Source of the DNA: Nitrospinota bacterium
GTDB taxonomy: Bacteria; UBA8248
DNA: 24,344 bases
Assembly (NCBI GenBank): GCA_046581755.1
Contig: JAYGFR010000328.1
Span: 1-24,344, forward strand
Reading direction: 5' to 3'
This document shows positions 9,578 to 19,259 of the stretch, one piece after another. The notes under the pieces are model-generated. The model had not been told where the DNA came from. It saw only the letters and a program-made list of their open reading frames with translations, and did no database searches. Within the stretch, counting starts at the first letter, position 1. Every line of letters begins with the position of its first letter. The translations under genes were made by a program, and so were the position numbers.

Positions 9578-9979
9578 CTACTGGACGAATACCGTCCCCG
9601 CCTTGTCGCGATGGGAGCAGTTGCCGTAGGTGGCGATGAGCTCCGCCACCTCGGTCTTGCTGGGATTTTCCTGACCATGCACCACGCCCGCCGGGGCAAA
9701 GCAAAAGTTCCCCGCCTCAACGAGCTGGCGATCGGGGTTTTCGGGATCGCCCGAGTAGACGTAGATCGGGCCCCTGGCGACGTAGAAGGTCGCATCGCAG
9801 GAGTGGTAGTGCATCTTGTTCTTGCCGCCCGGCGGGATAATCGTCCGCGCCATCGTCATCACCTGGGTATCGGTGGTCTCATCGTTCACCCCCCAGAGAA
9901 TCGTGTAGGGCGGCTCGTATTCCAGGTCCTTGTTCACCTCCACCGAGTTGATAATAATCATCTTCTTTTCGGAATTCAT
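9578..9979 (-). CDS. Cupin domain protein
   Basis: IPPGG...MHYHSCDATFYV...FAPAGVVHGQENPS. The start MNSEKK follows a purine-rich RBS. Confidence 0.85.
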   Translation of the reverse strand: MNSEKKMIIINSVEVNKDLEYEPPYTILWGVNDETTDTQVMTMARTIIPPGGKNKMHYHSCDATFYVARGPIYVYSGDPENPDRQLVEAGNFCFAPAGVVHGQENPSKTEVAELIATYGNCSHRDKAGTVFVQ

Positions 9980-10247
9980 GGCTGCCCTTCCCTTATTAGA
10001 ATGATGTTCCGGCTCCATGCGGGGCGAAACAAACCGCGGGAATAATCCCGGACGGCGCGGATGCGCCCGCCTCCCCCCGCCGGGAGCTGGGCGGAATCCC
10101 ATTGCCGCTACGGTGTATTTGTTGGATAATACGCCGTTCCCGGGTCATTTGAAACGCTAGAGCCAGGCCGGATTTTTACTGCTTTCGGGCAGCGCCGAAT
10201 CGAGGCAGCCGAGGGGTGCGTTCGCCCCGATTTAATAGAGAGGGCCT

Positions 10248-10829
10248 ATGGCCACCGATGGCGACGATATAAAACCGTTGAGTCCCACCATGCTCCGGCT
10301 CGAGGTGGGCCTCGCGGCGCTGCTGACCTGCATCGCCGGCTCGCTCTCCATTTTCATGCCCAGGCTGATCGCCACGGGCGGCATCCCGGCGGCCCAGGAC
10401 GTCACCACGCTCTCGCCCATCTTCTTTCCGCGCCTCGCCTTCGGCCTCCTCTCGCTTCTGTGCCTGAACTACCTGGGCAAATCGGTCATGCGGCTCCGGG
10501 AGGTATCCTCGGGGATCTCCGGCGACGGCGATGCGGACCGTTTCTCGCGCGCCGCGCTGATGATGACCATCGCCGCCGGCTACGCCTATTTCGTCACGGT
10601 GCTGGGCTTCGGCCTGGCAACTCTCATTATGACGGCCATGGTTTCCGTCTTCCTCGGTCTCCGCCAGTGGTGGGCCGTTCTCTCCCTTCCGGTTCTCGCC
10701 CCCGTCGTCATTCGCTTCATATTCGAGCGCCTGCTTCTCATCTCGCTCCCCCGCAGCGAATTCGAATTCATCGCCGTCATCGAGGACGGGATCATGAAAT
10801 TTTTAACCAGCATTTTTTTCGGCTGGTGA
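10248..10829 (+). CDS. tctB: Tripartite tricarboxylate transporter small membrane subunit
   Basis: LSPIFFPR, LGFGLAT and IFERLLLISLPR; lies directly before tctA. Confidence 0.8.
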   Translation: MATDGDDIKPLSPTMLRLEVGLAALLTCIAGSLSIFMPRLIATGGIPAAQDVTTLSPIFFPRLAFGLLSLLCLNYLGKSVMRLREVSSGISGDGDADRFSRAALMMTIAAGYAYFVTVLGFGLATLIMTAMVSVFLGLRQWWAVLSLPVLAPVVIRFIFERLLLISLPRSEFEFIAVIEDGIMKFLTSIFFGW

Positions 10830-10839
10830 GGATTCTTAC

Positions 10840-12344
10840 ATGCTAGACTCTTTTTTCCAGGGATTTTCTCTTCTCCTCCGCTGGGACACCTACTTTTACA
10901 TTTCGGCCGGCCTCGTGGTGGGGATGTTCGTCGGGGCGATGCCGGGCCTGACCACCATTTTGGCGATGTCGGTGCTCCTTCCGGTCTCCTTTAAGCTCGA
11001 GCCCATGCTGGGCATCCCCTTTCTCGTGGGCGTCTACAAGGGGGGGATCTACGGCGGCAGCATCTCGGCCATCCTGGTCGGCATCCCCGGAACGGGAGCC
11101 TCCATCGCCACCACCTTCGACGGACCCGCCCTCACCCGGAAAGGCAAGGGGCGCAAGGCCCTCGAGATGGCGCTCTTTTCCTCCTGCATCGGGGATACGC
11201 TCTCGGACATATTCACCCTGGCCGCGATCGGCCCAATCGCCATCATCGTCCTTCTGGTCGGCCCGCCAGAGGTCTTCGCCGTCATTATCTTCTCCTTGGT
11301 CCTGATCGCGAGCGTATCGAGCGAGTCGGGCCTCAAGGGCGCCATCGCCGCCTTCCTGGGCATGGGCCTGGGCATGATCGGCACCGACGCCACGACCGGC
11401 GCGACGCGGATGACTTTCGACATCGAGGCTCTGAGCGGGGGCATCCCGCTCATTCCGCTGGCAATCGGCGTTTTCGCCATCCCCGAGGTTCTCGCGGCCG
11501 TCGAATCCCGGACCGTTGGCTTCATCTCCGAGCACATCGATCTCTCCAAGACCGGCGAGCGTCTCAGGTGGCACGAATTCAAGGCCTCCATCCGGACCAT
11601 CTTGCGCTCGACGGTCATCGGCACCGGCATCGGCATGGTGCCCGGCGTGGGCCAGGTCGTCGCCGCCTTCATCGGCTACAGCGCGGCCAAGCGGGCCTCG
11701 GATCACCCCGAAACCTTCGGCAAGGGCGACCTCGACGGCATCGCGGGGCCCGAGGCGGCCAACAACGCCGTCAACGGCCCCACCCTCGTCCCGCTGCTGA
11801 CGCTGGGCATCCCGGGCGACAACGTGACGGCCATCCTCCTGGGCGCCTTCGTGGCCCACGGAATGCGCCCCGGCCCCCAGATCTTCCAAGAACAGGGCCC
11901 CTCATGTACGCCCTGCTTATCACCATCGTCCTGGCCAATATCCTGTTCATTTTCCTGGGCTACGTGCTTCTCAAGCCCTTCGCCCGGGCAATCCAGCTCA
12001 AAAAGGCCTATCTTGTACCTGTCATATTGGCCCTTGCGTTCGTCGGAACCCTTTCCACGGGGGCGGATTCGGACGTGATTATTATGGTGATCATCGGTGT
12101 CTGCTCGTATATACTAAAGAAATTCCAGTTTGATTTAGCGCCGCTGATCATTGCGTTCGTGCTCGCAGAGCCGGTCGAGTACCGGCTGAGCCAGAGCATA
12201 CTCTACGCGGACGGGGCGTTGGTTCATTACCTGTTCGTTCAGCGGCCGGTCGCCTCGGTGTTCCTCTCGGCGGCGATCATCTGGAGCCTTTATTTGTTAA
12301 TCGGCCCTTGGATACGGCGGCGCCTCAAAGCGCAACCGGCCTGA
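10840..12344 (+). pseudogene. tctA: Tripartite tricarboxylate transporter large subunit with a single frameshift at ~11898-11901 (true lesion or sequencing error)
   Basis: GMFVGAMPGL, YGGSISAILVGIPGT and GPEAANNA...PLLTLGIPG lie in the 10840 frame. The continuation PLMYALL...APLIIAFVLA lies in the 11568-ORF frame. Confidence 0.88.
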
Positions 12345-12390
12345 TGGAGCATTTCTTCAAAACGCAACACTTCTTCAAAAGGAGACCCCG

Positions 12391-13374
12391 ATGAAACGTT
12401 CATTGTTCATGCGCATTATTGGTGCGATCGCGATCGCCGCATTCCTGGCGGCCCCGATGGTTGCCTCGGCGGATCCGTTTCCCACGCGGCCCATCACGCT
12501 CGTCCTTCCGGTGGGCGCGGGCGGCAGCCACGATCTCCACGCGCGCGGCATCACGAGCATCATCGGCAACATTCTCGGCCAGCCCATGATCGTCAAGCTG
12601 GTGCCCGGGGGCGCCGGAATGAAGGGGACAGGCTTCGCCGCCAGGGCCAAGGCGGACGGCTACACCATCCTCTTCACCCACAACGGCTTCGACACCCTCG
12701 TGCCGCAGACGCGGAAGGTCCCGTTCAAGACACTGCGCGACTTCAAGACCATCGCCAAGATCAACCACGGCCAGCCGGTTTTCATCTCGCTGTCCAGCAA
12801 ACCGTGGAAGAACGTGAAAGAGCTCATCGCCTACGCGAAGAAAAACCCCGGCAAAATCAAATGGGGCCACAGCGGCGTCTGGGGCGCCGGACACCTGCCC
12901 TCGATGCAGTTCGTCAAGGCGGCCGGCATCAAAGTAAAATTCATCCCCCACAAAGGCGGCGGCCCCTCGCTGCGCGCGCTTCTCTCGGGGCAGGACGACG
13001 TGGGCATTGCGTTCCCGACGCAGTCGCGTCCGCACATCATCTCCGGCAAAATCCGGGCCCTTCTTATCACGGGCAACAAGCGTCTCTCGAAGGACAAGGT
13101 TTTCAAGAACGTCCCATCGGCGGGCGAACTCGGCTTTAACTCGGTTAACTTCCAGATGGACCGCATTTTCATGGGGCCCTCGAAGATGCCTGCGGATCAT
13201 CTTGAAACGCTGCGCTCCGCTTTCGTGAAACTGACCAAAAACAAATCCTTCAAGCGCTTCATGAGGAGCATCGGCGAGAACGTGGTCTTCGTGGACGGTG
13301 CGACTTACGACAAGACGCGCCAGAAGCGGTGGGACGATTTCACCGCGCTCATCAAGGCAATGACCGGAAAGTAG
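12391..13374 (+). CDS. tctC: Tripartite tricarboxylate transporter substrate-binding protein (Bug/TctC)
   Basis: Signal peptide, FPTRPITLVLPVGAGGSHD, PGGAGMKG, ADGYT and PHKGGGPSLRALLSG. Confidence 0.93.
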   Translation: MKRSLFMRIIGAIAIAAFLAAPMVASADPFPTRPITLVLPVGAGGSHDLHARGITSIIGNILGQPMIVKLVPGGAGMKGTGFAARAKADGYTILFTHNGFDTLVPQTRKVPFKTLRDFKTIAKINHGQPVFISLSSKPWKNVKELIAYAKKNPGKIKWGHSGVWGAGHLPSMQFVKAAGIKVKFIPHKGGGPSLRALLSGQDDVGIAFPTQSRPHIISGKIRALLITGNKRLSKDKVFKNVPSAGELGFNSVNFQMDRIFMGPSKMPADHLETLRSAFVKLTKNKSFKRFMRSIGENVVFVDGATYDKTRQKRWDDFTALIKAMTGK

Positions 13375-13396
13375 ACTGTCCGTTCGAAAATTTGGC

Positions 13397-13429
13397 GGGG
13401 GCCTTCCCTCCGGGGGAGGCCCCCTTTTT
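13397..13429 (+). terminator. Rho-independent terminator after tctC
   Basis: GGGGGCCTTCCC-TCCG-GGGGAGGCCCCC followed by TTTTT. Confidence 0.8.
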
Positions 13430-13462
13430 CTTCCTCTTCCGGCGGCAGTTTGGAGAACCGAG

Positions 13463-13903
13463 ATGGTCAAATTCGCAAAGTTCGTTCACAACACCCGGAC
13501 CATGAAACCCCGGCACGCTGGAGGCGACTACTCCACCGCGCACGGTCCGTTTATCGAGGGCGAGCGCCTGATCTTCGGAAAGATCACCATCCCGGCCGGA
13601 ACGAAGGCCGAACCCCACAGCCATCCCAACGAGCAGTTCAGCTACGTCCTGCAAGGGCGCGTGCGGATGACGATGGGCGGCAAGGTGAAGATGGCCGGCC
13701 CCGGAGATATCATTCACACTCCGGCCAACACCGTTCACAGCGCTACCGTTATCGGCGACGAAGACCACATCTTTATCACTTGCAAGGACGCTTCCTGGGG
13801 AATACACGGCATCAAGGCGGATGGACCCAAGAAAAAGGCCGCTCGAAAATTGGCAAAGAAGAAATCAGTCAAGAAATCAGCGAACAAAAAAGCCTCCAGA
13901 TAA
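13463..13903 (+). CDS. Cupin domain protein with a Lys/Ala-rich C-terminal tail
   Basis: PHSHPNEQ...PANTVHS (3His-1Glu); tail KKKAARKLAKKKSVKKSANKKASR. Confidence 0.88.
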   Translation: MVKFAKFVHNTRTMKPRHAGGDYSTAHGPFIEGERLIFGKITIPAGTKAEPHSHPNEQFSYVLQGRVRMTMGGKVKMAGPGDIIHTPANTVHSATVIGDEDHIFITCKDASWGIHGIKADGPKKKAARKLAKKKSVKKSANKKASR

Positions 13904-13956
13904 CCGGCGGCGGTGGACATCCCACCCGGAATCCCCGCCGGACAGAGGAGAAAGAC

Positions 13957-14694
13957 ATGCAGCACTACTACAAGGTCAGCGAAATGGAGAATCGCCTGGC
14001 GGGCGAGGCCTACGCCCAGACGAACGGCGCCTGGGTCGAGGGCGAGCGGCTCATCTTCGGGAAACTCAGCATCCCCGCGGGTACAAGCTCCAAGCCCCAC
14101 TCCCACCCCAACGAGCAGATCAGCCTCGTCCTGGGAGGAAGGGTGCGGGTGAACGTCGAAGGGGACGGGCGGGTTCTCGAAAAAGACGACATCAACTACC
14201 GGCCCGCCAACGCCGTCCACTCGGCCGAGGTGATCGGTGACGAGGATTTCGCCTTCATCACGGCGAAGGACACCTCCTGGGGCATTCAGGGCAATGTGGC
14301 CACCCCGGAGGAAGCCGCCCGCAAGGGCGGGAAGGATACCGTCCAGCACTACTATCGCATCAGCGAAATGGAGGATCGTAAGGCGGGCGAGTCCTACGCC
14401 CAAACGCACGGCACCTGGGTCGAGGGCGAGCGCATTATCTTCGGGAAACTCAGCATCCCCGAGGGCACGAAGGCCGAGGCCCACAGCCATCCGAACGAGC
14501 AGATGGTCATCGTTCTGAGCGGAAGCTTCCACATGAACATCGATGGGGACGAGCGCACCCTCGTCGCGGACGATATCGCCCATATTCCCCCGAACGCGGT
14601 TCATTCGGGCGAAGTGGTGGGCGATGAGGACTATGTATTCGTCACCGCGAAGGACACCTCCTGGGGCATCCAGGGAACCCCCGTCAAGTCCTAA
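13957..14694 (+). CDS. Bicupin with two tandem, closely similar cupin domains
   Basis: ATG 13957 follows GAGGAG. Both halves read QHYY..SEME...HSHPNEQ...NAVHS...TAKDTSWGIQG. Confidence 0.88.
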   Translation: MQHYYKVSEMENRLAGEAYAQTNGAWVEGERLIFGKLSIPAGTSSKPHSHPNEQISLVLGGRVRVNVEGDGRVLEKDDINYRPANAVHSAEVIGDEDFAFITAKDTSWGIQGNVATPEEAARKGGKDTVQHYYRISEMEDRKAGESYAQTHGTWVEGERIIFGKLSIPEGTKAEAHSHPNEQMVIVLSGSFHMNIDGDERTLVADDIAHIPPNAVHSGEVVGDEDYVFVTAKDTSWGIQGTPVKS

Positions 14695-14724
14695 AAAAAA
14701 GAGCCTGGGCCGGTTTGCCGGGCG

Positions 14725-14744
14725 CCCCGCCGAATCCGGCGGGG
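14725..14744. terminator. GC hairpin between convergent genes, probable terminator
   Basis: CCCCGCCG-AATC-CGGCGGGG followed by TCTCTT. Confidence 0.5.
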
Positions 14745-14761
14745 TCTCTTGGGGGGCGGAT

Positions 14762-15754
14762 CTAGGCCGTGACGACGACCTTGCCGGTGCTCTCGCGGCT
14801 CTGAATGTGATCGAAGGCCTCGGCCGACCGCTCCAGGGGAAAGGTCTTGCCGACGATGAGGCGGATTTTATTCTCCTGGATCATCCCCACGAGGTTTTCC
14901 CGCGCCTCGGAGACGCGATCCAAATGGCCGGCCAGGTGGGGTCCGAGCCAAAAGCCGATGAGAGACTTGTTCGAGGCGAGGATCTCGTAGTTGTCGAAAT
15001 TCACCACCTCGCCGCCCGCCACCCCGTAGACCACCAGCCGGCCGAAATCGGCCAGGGCCTCCCGGTAGGACCGCAAGAGGACATCTCCTCCCACGGATTC
15101 GAGGATCACCTCCGCCCCCCGGCCGTCGGTGAGATCGAGGACTTCCTCGACCCAGCCGGAATGGGTGTAGTCGATGGGCACCGCGCCCAGCTCCTCGATT
15201 GCCCGGCATTTCGCCTCGCTCGATGAGGTCCCGATGACCCGGGCGCTCCGGACCCGCGCGATCTGAACGGCGAGCGAACCCACCCCGCCCGCGGCGGCGT
15301 GCACGAGGACCGTCTCGCCGGGCCGCACCCTCGCGGCATTGTCGATCATCATCACCGCCGTTAGGCCCTGGACCAGAAGCGCCGCGCCTTCCGGAGGGGT
15401 GAGTTCCACGGGGCAGAGGGACAGCCTCTCGGCCGGCGCAATCACATACTCGGCCAACGCGCCGCCCGATTGGGTGGTGCCGATCACCCGCTGGCCGGCG
15501 CTCCATCCATCGGTATCCGCGCCGGGCTTGTCGATGACGCCGCAGAATTCGTGCCCGAGAATATGGGGCAGGTGCGTTTTGCGAAGGTAGCGCCCCTCCC
15601 GCGCCATGATGTCCGAGTAGTTCAATCCGCAGGCCTCCATCTTCACCCGCACCTCGCCCGGTCCCGGTTCCGGAATAGGGATCTCCTCGATCCGCATCAC
15701 CTCGGGACCGCCGTGTTCATGGATTCGGAGCGCCTTCATTCGGTTCGCCATCAC
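14762..15754 (-). CDS. NADPH:quinone oxidoreductase (zeta-crystallin-type MDR)
   Basis: MKALRIHEHGGPEV, GLNYSD, LGHEFCG, VLVHAAAGGVG and STGKVVV. Confidence 0.92.
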   Translation of the reverse strand: MMANRMKALRIHEHGGPEVMRIEEIPIPEPGPGEVRVKMEACGLNYSDIMAREGRYLRKTHLPHILGHEFCGVIDKPGADTDGWSAGQRVIGTTQSGGALAEYVIAPAERLSLCPVELTPPEGAALLVQGLTAVMMIDNAARVRPGETVLVHAAAGGVGSLAVQIARVRSARVIGTSSSEAKCRAIEELGAVPIDYTHSGWVEEVLDLTDGRGAEVILESVGGDVLLRSYREALADFGRLVVYGVAGGEVVNFDNYEILASNKSLIGFWLGPHLAGHLDRVSEARENLVGMIQENKIRLIVGKTFPLERSAEAFDHIQSRESTGKVVVTA

Positions 15755-15805
15755 TGCCCCTTTTTATTTACGAGCGCGGCATTTTCGAGCGCGGTGGGCC
15801 GCCTC

Positions 15806-16258
15806 CTAGCCGATTCGGACCGATCCGTTGATCTTGCGCCGCTGGTCCCACCACTTCCACCTCTCCGGAACCAGGGTCAGTCGGACGCGAGTCTTCTCCG
15901 CCGAGGGGGTCTTCACCCACTTCTCCCACATGCCCGGCTCGTAGAAATGATCCACCACCCGCTTGAGGCCCTCATGGTCGGTCCCCAAGGGCTCCGATAT
16001 ATTCGGCTTCCCCTCGGCCATCACCGCCCGGAACGGAAACGCATCGTCGTCCACGATAATGGTCATGGCGGGGTTCCGCCTCAGGTTGCGGACCGTGACC
16101 GAATGGGCCCCCGTGCTGATGAAAAAGGAGCCCTCTTCGGGATCGAATATGTAAACCACCGGGACAATGTGGGGAACGTTTCTCGGGCTCACAGTCGCGA
16201 TCCGCGCCATCCGGGGCTCGCACAATAATTCGTCCATCTCCTTGGGGCGCTCTGCCAT
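15806..16258 (-). CDS. Pyridoxamine 5'-phosphate oxidase-like (split-barrel flavin/F420-binding) protein
   Basis: ARIATVSPRNVPHIVPV, VRNLRRNPAM and LVPERWKWWD. The start MAERPK follows GGAGGAG. Confidence 0.82.
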   Translation of the reverse strand: MAERPKEMDELLCEPRMARIATVSPRNVPHIVPVVYIFDPEEGSFFISTGAHSVTVRNLRRNPAMTIIVDDDAFPFRAVMAEGKPNISEPLGTDHEGLKRVVDHFYEPGMWEKWVKTPSAEKTRVRLTLVPERWKWWDQRRKINGSVRIG

Positions 16259-16562
16259 CGGGGACTCCTCCCTTGCCTTTTCATTTCCGGAGCGGGATGC
16301 CCTGCATCGGAGAGTTGTATCATTTTCCTGGAAAGACCTACCTTTGGCGGAGGCCGGGAGCGCATCCGGGGAGCCACCCGAGAATCCGGGAGACATCCCC
16401 CTAAGACCAAGATTATCAGATAGTTTTGTCCTTTTCTGGGGCTGAATTTCCTCTGGAGTGCGGGCCCTCCTTGCGCTATATTGCCGCCGGTTCCGAGCCG
16501 GGCGGCGCTACTCCGCCCATCGCTTCGGCCACCTAAATTTTTTTTGCACCGGAGGCAACAAC

Positions 16563-16979
16563 GTGGCGGACATCATCACAGGAATGATCAAACGATATGC
16601 GTCGGACGACCGCTTCACCATGGAACCCGATCCGGCGGGCAAAATCATCCGGCTCCACTTCAACGAAGAGAGTTGGTTTGAGATGGAAAAAAACGAGGAC
16701 GAGAACAAAATCCGCATCAGCTTCGCCACCTCGAACCGGACCGTCAACGAAGACATCGAACACGCCATCCTCGACAGCAAGGACCCCATCGACGATTTCG
16801 TCTACGACGGGATGGAAGAAGCCGGCGAAGAGGAAGAGCACCATGTCGAGCACTACCACGACGGAGTCTTCCGCTACGCCATCGATCTGGCGATCGACAG
16901 CGAGAGCGTGGACGAGCATGCCGCCCGCATCCTGGACGGCCTTTTCAACACCTTCGAGGAATACGCCGAGGGGGAGTGA
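16563..16979 (+). CDS. Acidic hypothetical protein
   Basis: GTG start after GGAGG; host-like codon usage; very Asp/Glu-rich. Confidence 0.7.
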   Translation: MADIITGMIKRYASDDRFTMEPDPAGKIIRLHFNEESWFEMEKNEDENKIRISFATSNRTVNEDIEHAILDSKDPIDDFVYDGMEEAGEEEEHHVEHYHDGVFRYAIDLAIDSESVDEHAARILDGLFNTFEEYAEGE

Positions 16980-17019
16980 GCCGGCCCTGCGGACAACATC
17001 CGCCCGGCCGGCAACGAAG

Positions 17020-17170
17020 CTACCCCCCGCTCGCCTCCGCCGCCCGGATTTCCGCCACCTTGTCGTCCACCATCCGCACCAACTCTTCCGCGTTGTCCAC
17101 GGCCTGGTAGTCCTCGCCCATGACCCCGCTTCCGGCGGGGCTTTTCACCGCGAAGAAGACGCACTTCACT
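17020..17170 (-). pseudogene. 3' fragment of an unidentified gene (...CVFFAVKSPAGSGVMGEDYQAVDNAEELVRMVDDKVAEIRAAEASGG*)
   Basis: Protein-like reading with host codon bias up to ~17170, where it meets an opposite-strand EamA fragment. Confidence 0.45.
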
Positions 17171-17355
17171 TTTCTCTTCTGGAGCGCCATGAAAAGGGGC
17201 GACCTGGTCCAGTTGGTGCCGCTGAGCCGTCTCTCCGTCCTTTTGGCGATCCTCCATGGTTTTTTTACAGAAAACAGGACCACATCAAACTCCGCATCGT
17301 ATTCGGCGGAATCTTCGCCGTCGCCGGAGCGTTCCTGATCGTCTCCGGAAATTGA
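17165..17355 (+). pseudogene. 3' fragment of an EamA/DMT transporter gene, frameshifted near 17255
   Basis: LFWSAMKRGDLVQLVPLSRLSVLLAIL in one frame, then WFFYRKQDHIKLRIVFGGIFAVAGAFLIVSGN* in another. Confidence 0.65.
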
Positions 17356-17523
17356 GCCGCTCCGGACCGGGAAGAGCGCCGGGAGCCGCTCCTTCCGGAC
17401 AAAACCGGGCAGGAAGCGGCCCGGGGGACCAACCCCGAATTACCCCTTTCAATCGCGCGCACTTGATCTAGAATATCCGCTCAACCCGATTTCATGGCCG
17501 CATTTTTAAACCTGGAGGAAATC

Positions 17524-18012
17524 ATGGCGATTTTAGAGGAGATGGGGGCGTCCATCGGGGCGCTGCTGAAGGAAAAGGGCGAGACCATCGCGGTGGCGGA
17601 ATCCTCGGCGGGAGGGCTGATCTCATCGGCGCTGCTCTCGGTCCCCGGGGCCTCGGCCTACTTCATGGGCGGCGGGGTGCTCTACACCTACGCCTCGCGG
17701 AACAAGATGCTCAACCTGCCGCAGGACACCTTCGAGAACATGCGCCCCAGCACCGAGGAATACGCCCTGCGCCTCGCCCGGGGAGCCCGTGAGTTTCTCG
17801 AGGCCACCTGGGCTGTCGGCGAAACCGGCGCGGCCGGGCCCACCGGAAACCGCTACGGGGACGCTTCGGGCCATGTCTGCATCGGCGTCTCGGGGCCCAA
17901 GGATGCGGTCATCACTCTCGAGACGGGCAGCGCCGACCGGGAGGAGAACATGTGGACCTTCGCCCGGGCCGCGCTCGAACTGATTGAGAAAACCGTCCGG
18001 GGGAATGCCTAG
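17524..18012 (+). CDS. cinA: CinA C-terminal domain / PncC (NMN deamidase) family protein
   Basis: TIAVAESSAGGLIS, VPGASAYF and ETGAAGPTG. RBS GGAGGA before 17524. Confidence 0.88.
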   Translation: MAILEEMGASIGALLKEKGETIAVAESSAGGLISSALLSVPGASAYFMGGGVLYTYASRNKMLNLPQDTFENMRPSTEEYALRLARGAREFLEATWAVGETGAAGPTGNRYGDASGHVCIGVSGPKDAVITLETGSADREENMWTFARAALELIEKTVRGNA

Positions 18013-18018
18013 ACTTCC

Positions 18019-18444
18019 TCACTCGCCGACGAGCTGAATCTCCACCCGCCGCTGGCGCGGCCGGTTGTCGAAATCGACGAGGACAATCTGCTGCCAGGTG
18101 CCGGTCACGAGTTCGCCGTCTCGAAACGGCAGCGAGAGGCTTGGGCCCAAAAGGGCAGCGCGCACGTGGGAGAACCCGTTGCCGTCCCCCCAGTGGGCAT
18201 CGTGGGCGTATGCCCCGCCCTCGGGCGCGAGACGGCCGAGGGCCTCCTTCAGGTCCGAGACGGCCCCCGATTCGAACTCGATGGTGGTCACCCCGGCGGT
18301 GGAGCCGGGCACGGCTACCACGGCGATGCCGCTCTCCAGCCCGCTCCGGCGAATCGCCCCGGCCACCTCGCCGGTGATGTCCCGGATGTCCGTGAAACCT
18401 TTAGTTTCGATTTGAAACGTATGCGCGAAGGTTGCCATTTTCAC
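18019..18444 (-). CDS. yjbQ: YjbQ/UPF0047 (secondary thiamine-phosphate synthase) family protein
   Basis: DITGEV, PGSTAGVTTIE, GDGNGFSHVRAALLGPS and GTWQQIVLVDFD. Confidence 0.92.
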   Translation of the reverse strand: MKMATFAHTFQIETKGFTDIRDITGEVAGAIRRSGLESGIAVVAVPGSTAGVTTIEFESGAVSDLKEALGRLAPEGGAYAHDAHWGDGNGFSHVRAALLGPSLSLPFRDGELVTGTWQQIVLVDFDNRPRQRRVEIQLVGE

Positions 18445-18649
18445 CGCCCCAATGACTATGAATCAGAAGGTCGTTGGTTCAAATACGCCATATAATGCCA
18501 ATAAAAACAACTGATTACTTGTAATATCGGACCCGTTATTTTTTTCTGGGTAAACACCAGGTAAGCACGGGGAATTCGTTTTATGGCTTCTTCTCGCCAA
18601 GGAAGGGCTACTCTAAAAAAAATCCAAAAAGGGCTACCCGGAAGCCTTC

Positions 18650-18989
18650 GCGCATCGAAATCCCCCACCGCTCCCGAAGACCGGGAGGAACCCGCGCCTT
18701 TCCGAACGGAAAGACGGTCCAGGTGAACCTTGTTCCCAAGAACGGGCGCAAACTCCTGCGCGTCGCTAGGAAGGCGAGGATGCGCCCGAGCCAGAAGAAA
18801 AAAGCCTTCGTCGCCGAGGGTAGCGACTGCGCGGGGGGCCTCGTTTCGGTTCTCGAGAAAATTTCCGCCGAGAGCATCAACGTCACCGCTGTCACCGGAA
18901 TCGCCGCCAGTAAGGGGCACTACGGTGCCATCCTCTGGGTCAAGCCCGGCGACTACCGCAAGGTGGCCAAGGTGCTCGACGCAAAATAA
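18650..18989 (+). pseudogene. Tandem-ACT-domain small protein with a degraded 5' end
   Basis: AFPNGKTVQVNLVP...AFVAEGSDCAGGL...INVTAV...YGAILWVKP...VAKVL. Similarity extends upstream of GTG 18723 with no in-frame ATG or RBS; the nearby ATG 18583 is out of frame. Confidence 0.55.
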
Positions 18990-19259
18990 ATCCGAGAGGC
19001 CTGCCGACTACCGCCCTGCCTTTTGGCGGAAGAGGAGAAGGCAATTTATCCGCCATAAAAAACTGGAGGCCGCCCATCGTGCGCTCTGTCGGTGTGGTGA
19101 TAGAAGCATCAAAAGACAAGGTGGTTCTGGCCGGAGATTATTCAGCCCCCGGAGATGAACTTAACCGCTTCACGGAGAAGAGGTTTTTGACTTCCCTAAA
19201 AGCTTTCAGAAGTACCGCTTTGATCGCCACCGACCTTTCAGTCAAAAATTCTATTTTCG

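Noticed and set aside
13450..13956. N-terminal 169 aa of the 414-aa ORF
   Set aside because: It is an alternative-frame overlap of the upstream cupin. The real start is ATG 13957 with its own RBS.
13463..15754. DMSP lyase cupins plus acuI
   Set aside because: The MDR has zeta-crystallin/QOR motifs (GLNYSD, HAAAGGVG) rather than AcuI-type motifs, and I see no Ddd-specific signature in the cupins.
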